Positions 34,887-40,166 of a stretch of 40,166 bases of DNA are shown here, piece by piece. Each line of letters begins with the position of its first letter. The stretch's first letter is position 1. This DNA comes from a virus (lineage: Duplodnaviria; Caudoviricetes), in the IMG/VR virus record IMGVR_UViG_3300005259_000072, positions 1-40,166 of that record; one strand, 5' to 3'. Below the pieces are notes generated by a model. It worked only from the letters and a program-made list of their open reading frames with translations. It had not been told where the DNA came from and searched no databases. Made by a program: the position numbers and the translations under genes.

Positions 34887-36632
34887 ATGAATACAACTCA
34901 CCCTAATATGGTACTGGCGGCAAGAACCAGATTTGCCGTCTTTCTGTACCTGGTATGGCAGCATCTTGGTCTGCCCAAACCTACCAAAATACAAATAGAG
35001 ATAGCCGACTACCTGCAATATGGTGGACGGCGAATCACTGTTCATGCCTTCCGAGGAATCGGGAAGAGCTGGATCACCAGCGCCTACGTCCTCTGGAGGC
35101 TCTGGAATAACCCACAACTAAAGTTCCTGATCGTATCGGCCTCAAAGAATCGGGCAGACGCCTTCAGTACATTCACCCGCAGGCTGATTCAGGAGATGCC
35201 TCTGCTGGCCTGTCTGAAGCCTAGTAAGGATCAGCGGGACAGTAACATTTCCTTTGACGTGGGACCGGCGAAAGCAGCCCATGCGCCCTCGGTAAAGTCC
35301 GTGGGGATCACCGGCCAGATGACCGGGAGTCGTGCCGATGAGATCATTGCAGACGACATTGAGGTATTGAACAACTCACTCACCCAGGATCAGCGGGAGA
35401 AGCTGCTGCACTTTGTGGCTGAGTTTGAATCAATCCTGTCGCCCAACGGATCAATCAAGTTCCTCGGGACTCCTCAGACCATTGAAACGCTGTACCGTCA
35501 GACAGAAGAGCGAGGATACGTACCGAGATACTGGCCTGCCCGTGTACCCAAGGCAAGTTCCCTGGATAACTACGGGATCAGACTGGCTCCGTCCATTATT
35601 GAGGCAATCCATAACGGTACGGCAGAAGGAACTCCTACAGACCCTGAACGGTTCACTGAATGTGACTTGCAGGAACGAGAAGCGGCTATCGGCAAAAGTG
35701 CCTTCATGCTTCAGTTCATGCTGGATACAACCCTCAGTGACGAACAGAAGTACCCGCTCAAGACTTCAGACATCCAGGTAGTGAGTCTGGGAGGACAGCT
35801 CTTCCCAGCACAAATCCAGTGGGGCAAGCTAAAAGATTGTATGCTGCGGGACATTCCGTGCATCGGCATGGGCGGCGACCGGTGGTACAAGCCGGTGTTC
35901 GTATCCCCTGAATGGCTGGAATGCAGCGGCACGGTAATGACAATCGACCCTGCCGGACGAGGCAAGGACCAGACAGCCTACGCAGTAGTATCACAATTGC
36001 ACGGAAACCTGTTCGTGAGAGAGGTTGGTGGATTTGCTGGTGGCTATGAGGATGGAACGCTGAAGGCCCTTGCCGTGACCGCAAAACGCTTTAATGTCAA
36101 TGAGATTGTTATTGAGGCAAACTTCGGTGACGGCATGTTCACCCAACTGTTCACACCGGTATGCTTCAAGATATACCAGTGTGCCATTCAGGAAGTCAAA
36201 CACAACCGCCAGAAAGAGCTTCGGATCATTGATACGCTGGAGCCTCTGCTGGGATCGCACCGGCTGATCTGTGACCAGTCCTTTGTAGAACGGGAAGTGT
36301 CCTCTGCCTTCACCAAGGATGGTCTGAGCGAGGATACCAATCTGAGCACATCCATTCAATACAATCTGTTCTATCAGATGACCAGACTGACCCGTGACCG
36401 TAACTCACTGAAGCACGATGACAAGCTGGACGCTTTAGCCATGGCCTGCGGATACTGGGTGGAGGTGCTGGCACAGGATGCCGAACGCCGAACTCAGGAC
36501 TACCGGGATCAGGAAACCACAAGGGCGCTGGAGGAATTTGTGAGGGACTGCTCTACCGGCAAGGCGGTGGCGCTGGATTACAATACAGGGATCGTTAACC
36601 AGTATCTCATTGGTGGAGATATCTGGGGCTGA
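34887..36632 (+). CDS. Terminase large subunit (gp19-like)
   Basis: AFRGIGKSWIT, SVGITGQMTGSRAD.IIADDIE, IDPAGRGKD, HDD.LDALA. Confidence 0.97.
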   Translation: MNTTHPNMVLAARTRFAVFLYLVWQHLGLPKPTKIQIEIADYLQYGGRRITVHAFRGIGKSWITSAYVLWRLWNNPQLKFLIVSASKNRADAFSTFTRRLIQEMPLLACLKPSKDQRDSNISFDVGPAKAAHAPSVKSVGITGQMTGSRADEIIADDIEVLNNSLTQDQREKLLHFVAEFESILSPNGSIKFLGTPQTIETLYRQTEERGYVPRYWPARVPKASSLDNYGIRLAPSIIEAIHNGTAEGTPTDPERFTECDLQEREAAIGKSAFMLQFMLDTTLSDEQKYPLKTSDIQVVSLGGQLFPAQIQWGKLKDCMLRDIPCIGMGGDRWYKPVFVSPEWLECSGTVMTIDPAGRGKDQTAYAVVSQLHGNLFVREVGGFAGGYEDGTLKALAVTAKRFNVNEIVIEANFGDGMFTQLFTPVCFKIYQCAIQEVKHNRQKELRIIDTLEPLLGSHRLICDQSFVEREVSSAFTKDGLSEDTNLSTSIQYNLFYQMTRLTRDRNSLKHDDKLDALAMACGYWVEVLAQDAERRTQDYRDQETTRALEEFVRDCSTGKAVALDYNTGIVNQYLIGGDIWG

Positions 36633-36646
36633 TAAAATCCCCCGTA

Positions 36647-36693
36647 GCTCCTTGAAAGTAATGGACTTGAGCCAGCTTTCAAGGGGCATTTTT
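36647..36693 (+). terminator. Probable terminator after terL
   Basis: 12-bp stem GCTCCTTGAAAG / CTTTCAAGGGGC followed by ATTTTT. Confidence 0.55.
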
Positions 36694-36753
36694 AGTCTCA
36701 AAATCAGTAATAATTATCAAAAGCTATAAAGCCCTCACTATCAACCACTCAAC

Positions 36754-36775
36754 CTTTGTGCCCACTCTTGGAGAG
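36754..36775 (+). promoter_or_regulatory. Putative phage RNAP promoter, copy 5 (phiOR-like)
   Basis: CTTTGTGCCCACTCT-TGGAGAG, 15-nt identity to the core; lies after terL and ahead of the repeat-rich non-coding region. Confidence 0.75.
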
Positions 36776-36839
36776 AAAAACTAAATTCTCTTTGCCAGGG
36801 TTGCTAGTATATCTTATAGTGGTTGACTGAGTGATTACC

Positions 36840-37245
36840 TATAGAGGACCTACTGAGGGTACCATAGAGGGTTGATTGTAATGGGGGTAAGGGGGGACCT
36901 TTAGAGGACCTTATAAGGACCTTAATAAGGCTTATTGAGTACCTCATGAGGTAAATGATATAAATATAGTATTAGAGTATTAATCTGATATTGATTGTAT
37001 TGTGTATGTATCTATACCTCCCCTTATCCCCATACTACAACAGATAGAGCATCTTATCCGATACATGTATTAAGGCCTTGCTAGGGCAGCAAGACAGACA
37101 GAGTAAGTGATTATATAGAAGAGAGCAGAGAAGACCGTATCGAAGACAGGATAGAAGATCGTAGAGAAGACCTTGAGAGGTTTTTGCCAGAAAAATTTGA
37201 AACGGTATACGTTAATGGCGTTCGATCCATGTCCCCCATGAGGTC
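36840..37245. repeat. Candidate genome-terminus region with short-repeat arrays
   Basis: GGACCT at 36846, 36895, 36906, 36917; palindrome TACCTCATGAGGTA at 36940-36953; GAAGA at an exact 12-bp period (37118, 37130, 37142, 37154, 37166); non-coding. Confidence 0.6.
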
Positions 37246-37517
37246 AGAACAAAAGGCTAATACAGTGATGAGGCCGGGCAGTATCTACCATGTATCTACC
37301 AGGAGCAGGAAAACAGGGCAAATTGGCAGGCTTTACAAGGGCCGTTTGAGCTCAGGGCATAAGGCAACAACGGTTTTAAATACCAGCAGTATCTACCTAA
37401 CATCATACTCAAACTGACCTCTGAAGTAGCTTTGTATTGCCCTTCTGAATTGACCTCAAACTGGCCTTGTACTGCTCTTCTTATTTTGGTTATTACTTTG
37501 TATTACATGTATTATCT

Positions 37518-37546
37518 GCCCCGGGCCTATTGCCTGGGGTTTTTTT
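37518..37546 (+). terminator. Intrinsic terminator on the + strand
   Basis: GCCCCGGGC-CTATT-GCCTGGGGT followed by a T run. Confidence 0.7.
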
Positions 37547-37626
37547 GCGTTTTCATCTTATATTCAATTAGGTCTCCCTAATTATGTATAAGTTGCCCTG
37601 TTTTGCGTTTTTATTGGGAATGATTA

Positions 37627-38112
37627 CTAAATTTGATTCCAAACTGTCCAGGTCTCAATTTCCCAATCATAGACCTTATCATCAAACAGAAAAAACTTGT
37701 ACTTGATAAACTCACTACGACTTGGTTGATATGCAGAGTAAGCAGTGGGGTTATTTCCAAAACCTTTAGGTAAGTAGGTAGATACTACATAAGGGCTAAA
37801 TTTGCGCTCATTAACCCAGGCTATTTCTACTGAACGCTCATTTTTAAAATACACTTTAGGTACCTTATACTTAAATGTACCTTTTAGCTGATATTCACTT
37901 TTACCTAGTTGCCTGTCCATAAAGCGAATCTTGCTAAATTTAATCTCAGCAAGGCCCAAAGAAAACAAATCAGCAGCGCCGTATCCTGTCCACTTTAAGG
38001 CCGCTGTAGCGTTATCATCTTCAGGCCTGGGAACAAGAGATTTACAGCCGATCAGCAGGGAAGACACGAGGCCACATAATAATATTAAAACCAGGGCTTT
38101 AAAATTGATCAC
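37627..38112 (-). CDS. Predicted lipoprotein, candidate superinfection-exclusion or lysogenic conversion gene
   Basis: Hydrophobic signal with LIGC lipobox; AT-rich; starts 3 nt after the repressor-like gene on the same strand. Confidence 0.6.
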   Translation of the reverse strand: MINFKALVLILLCGLVSSLLIGCKSLVPRPEDDNATAALKWTGYGAADLFSLGLAEIKFSKIRFMDRQLGKSEYQLKGTFKYKVPKVYFKNERSVEIAWVNERKFSPYVVSTYLPKGFGNNPTAYSAYQPSRSEFIKYKFFLFDDKVYDWEIETWTVWNQI

Positions 38113-38115
38113 TTT

Positions 38116-38442
38116 TCAGTCTCTTTTCTGAATCTTTTCTTTTAATTCCAAAGCATACGTTAACACTTTGCTTTTATCAACCATTTGCAGGCCTTCCAGC
38201 GCCTCAAGAATCGACTTTGTTATACTATCCATATCATTGCAGGGGGTGAGGTTATCAGGGCCTAAAAATGGCCTCAAATGCGGCTCCAATTTTGACCATA
38301 GGACAGATTGTATTTTGTCAACCTCTGGCAGTTTGTACCATGTATTACGATGTATCCCAGTTAAGGCGACAAGCGCAGGTATTCCACCAGTTGACGCCAT
38401 AAGCTGCTTTATTGCAATTTTCTGTGCATTTGTAAGCTTCAT
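38116..38442 (-). CDS. HTH (XRE/Cro-like) regulator, candidate prophage repressor (108 aa)
   Basis: GGIPALVALTGIHRNTWYKL HTH pattern; ATG 38442 after AGGGAG; divergent from the early promoter. Confidence 0.65.
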   Translation of the reverse strand: MKLTNAQKIAIKQLMASTGGIPALVALTGIHRNTWYKLPEVDKIQSVLWSKLEPHLRPFLGPDNLTPCNDMDSITKSILEALEGLQMVDKSKVLTYALELKEKIQKRD

Positions 38443-38545
38443 TTTATTGTCTCCCTGGATAATATACATGCCTTTGTCAAAAAATAAATCGAAACTTTTT
38501 TGAGCTCAAATTTATATAAATGCACAAAAAAGCACACAAATGATA

Positions 38546-38574
38546 TTGACAGCACACAAAACCTCTGCTATTCT
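38546..38574 (+). promoter_or_regulatory. Strong sigma70-type early promoter
   Basis: TTGACA (38546-38551) - 17 nt - TATTCT (38569-38574), with an extended -10 TG. Confidence 0.85.
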
Positions 38575-38641
38575 TTATACCATGCAAGACAACGTGAGTT
38601 AATCAAAACCAAGACAAACCTAAGAAGGAACACGAAAGAAA

Positions 38642-39337
38642 ATGGACAACAAAGAACTTTTAATCACTGCAAAGCGCCTCATTGAAAACAATGAGTATGA
38701 GGCAGAAAGCCACCGCAAAACGATGTTGCAGTTCATTGAGGCAATGACGCCTTTGGTGTTTAAGTCTGAAGCCCGTAAAGGCGCTTTTGATTTATGCAGA
38801 TGGATACAATCCGCTGCTGCAACTTCAAAGGAAGACAAGCGCAGAGTACTTCATAATGTTTTTGTTGGTGAGAATGAAACATGTGCAACCAATGGTAGGA
38901 TTTTGCATGTATATGCAGGGAGATTAAACGGCTTAAATTCTGGCATATACTCTGTGCCAACTATGCAGCAAGTCACTGATGTAGGTACCTACCCTAATTA
39001 TAAGCAGGTCATACCTACAAAGTATGTAGACTCTTGTGAGATATCAATCACCAACTTTGCATGTCGTAATAATACAATGATAACGCTTGCGGATAATGGT
39101 GATGTAATCAATAACGATACTAAAACTGTAGTTGGCCGCCACACTCTGCGCAAATGTACTAATCTGGTGATTTTTTTTCTGAAGCAGCTTGCTAACTCCC
39201 TGGATAAACAGACAGGCACTTTTAAGATGTCCATAGCCGGGAATATGGACCAGGAAAGATCTTCAGTTTGTCGCTTTGATATAAACAAAGATTGCTTTGC
39301 TATTGTGATGTCTTGCATACCTACAACTAAAGCTTAA
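38642..39337 (+). CDS. Truncated DNA polymerase III beta-clamp-like protein
   Basis: SKEDKRRVLHNV...ATNGRILHV and GTYPNYKQVIP parallel DnaN D.R..L.G...ATDGHRL and G.FPDY..V.P; only 231 aa. Confidence 0.55.
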   Translation: MDNKELLITAKRLIENNEYEAESHRKTMLQFIEAMTPLVFKSEARKGAFDLCRWIQSAAATSKEDKRRVLHNVFVGENETCATNGRILHVYAGRLNGLNSGIYSVPTMQQVTDVGTYPNYKQVIPTKYVDSCEISITNFACRNNTMITLADNGDVINNDTKTVVGRHTLRKCTNLVIFFLKQLANSLDKQTGTFKMSIAGNMDQERSSVCRFDINKDCFAIVMSCIPTTKA

Positions 39338-39362
39338 CACAAATTAAGGGGAGATAAAAATC

Positions 39363-40166
39363 ATGGATAGCATTTTAACACGTAACCAGGTTAAGAAGTT
39401 CAACAAGTCAATCCGCTTTGAGGGCAAGCCTGCTAATATCGTTTGTGAAGTCCGCTATGATGACCAGTGCGGCAACGGTCACAACTCGTTTAGCATTACA
39501 GGCCATGTACGGCTTGTGGGCGGTAAAGATTGGGAAATAGGCGGCTGCATTCACGAGGAAATAGCAAAGCACTTCCCGGAGCTTGCCCACCTTATCAAGT
39601 GGCATTTATTTGACAGCAACGGGCCCATGTACTACCTGCAAAACACCATGTATCACGCCAGTGATAAAGATTGTCACGGCTACCGCAAAGGTGAGGCTTG
39701 TTCCTGGAGTCAGTTTATAAAGTTTGGCGACTTCCCTATGCTGTTTCCTGCTGGTAAAACGCTACGGGCTTTAGTGGAGGCTAGTAAAGGCTCTCTTGCT
39801 TTTTGGCAGGGCCTGGAGATTGTACCCATTGACCACAAAAAAGACGATTACCCATTTAAGCCCAAATACAAGTTTACTTGCATGAATACGGTTACAGAGT
39901 GGCATCTGTGTCCCTTTGATACACTCCAGCAGGCAGAAGAGTTTAAGGCGGCTGCAATTTGGTGTAATGGGTGCGTTGAACTTGTCACCTTGCCGGACGA
40001 TTACAGCCTGGGTAAAACTCCAGACTTAGAAGCTGCAAGGGCCTGCGCTGTATGGCCTGAAGCGACATTAGAGCAACTCCAGGACAAAGAGCAGCTTTTA
40101 GCTCGCTTGCCGGGACTAATTGAGGCCTTCAGACATGATATAGAGGCCCTGGGCTTTACCTTCTAA
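39363..40166 (+). CDS. Conserved phage early hypothetical protein
   Basis: GGGGAG RBS; RYDDQCGNGHNSFSITG...GGCIHEEI..HFPEL..LIKWHL...GPMYY pattern seen in phage proteins of unknown function. Confidence 0.7.
   Translation: MDSILTRNQVKKFNKSIRFEGKPANIVCEVRYDDQCGNGHNSFSITGHVRLVGGKDWEIGGCIHEEIAKHFPELAHLIKWHLFDSNGPMYYLQNTMYHASDKDCHGYRKGEACSWSQFIKFGDFPMLFPAGKTLRALVEASKGSLAFWQGLEIVPIDHKKDDYPFKPKYKFTCMNTVTEWHLCPFDTLQQAEEFKAAAIWCNGCVELVTLPDDYSLGKTPDLEAARACAVWPEATLEQLQDKEQLLARLPGLIEAFRHDIEALGFTF

Larger units (their letters stand above)
2048..40166 (+). mobile_element. T7-like (Autographiviridae-type) prophage integrated at tRNA-Cys; right end beyond the window
   Basis: Complete T7-type RNAP, replication, structural and packaging gene set directly adjoining a tRNA 3' fragment and host genes, plus Xis-like and repressor-like HTH genes. 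Confidence 0.92.

Noticed and set aside
37184-37417. 77-aa ORF in the terminus region
   Set aside because: TTG start, no recognisable features, and it overlaps repeat motifs in a region expected to be non-coding.

Overview
Positions 1-~2047 are host chromosome: a secreted clan GH-A glycoside hydrolase running off the left edge and a gamma-glutamylcyclotransferase. From 2048 to the right edge is an apparently intact, circularly permuted T7-like (Autographiviridae-type) prophage. It begins at the displaced 3' half of a tRNA-Cys(GCA), which serves as an att site. Gene order: excisionase-like HTH, single-subunit RNA polymerase, SSB, endonuclease I, primase-helicase, family A DNA polymerase, 5'-3' exonuclease, nucleotide-metabolism genes, portal/scaffold/capsid, tail tube A/B, tail fibre, internal virion proteins, terminase with an atypical lysis cassette, the candidate genome-terminus region, a leftward repressor plus lipoprotein operon, and rightward early genes. 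The DNA polymerase is split by a 270-nt ORF-less group I intron whose splice sites and core helices are readable in the sequence. A repeated motif (G)CTTTGTGNNYACTCT occurs at T7-promoter-like positions and is the likely phage RNAP promoter. The integrase and the intact tRNA-Cys are not in the window and are predicted just beyond the right edge. All calls come from manual motif recognition; no searches were run.
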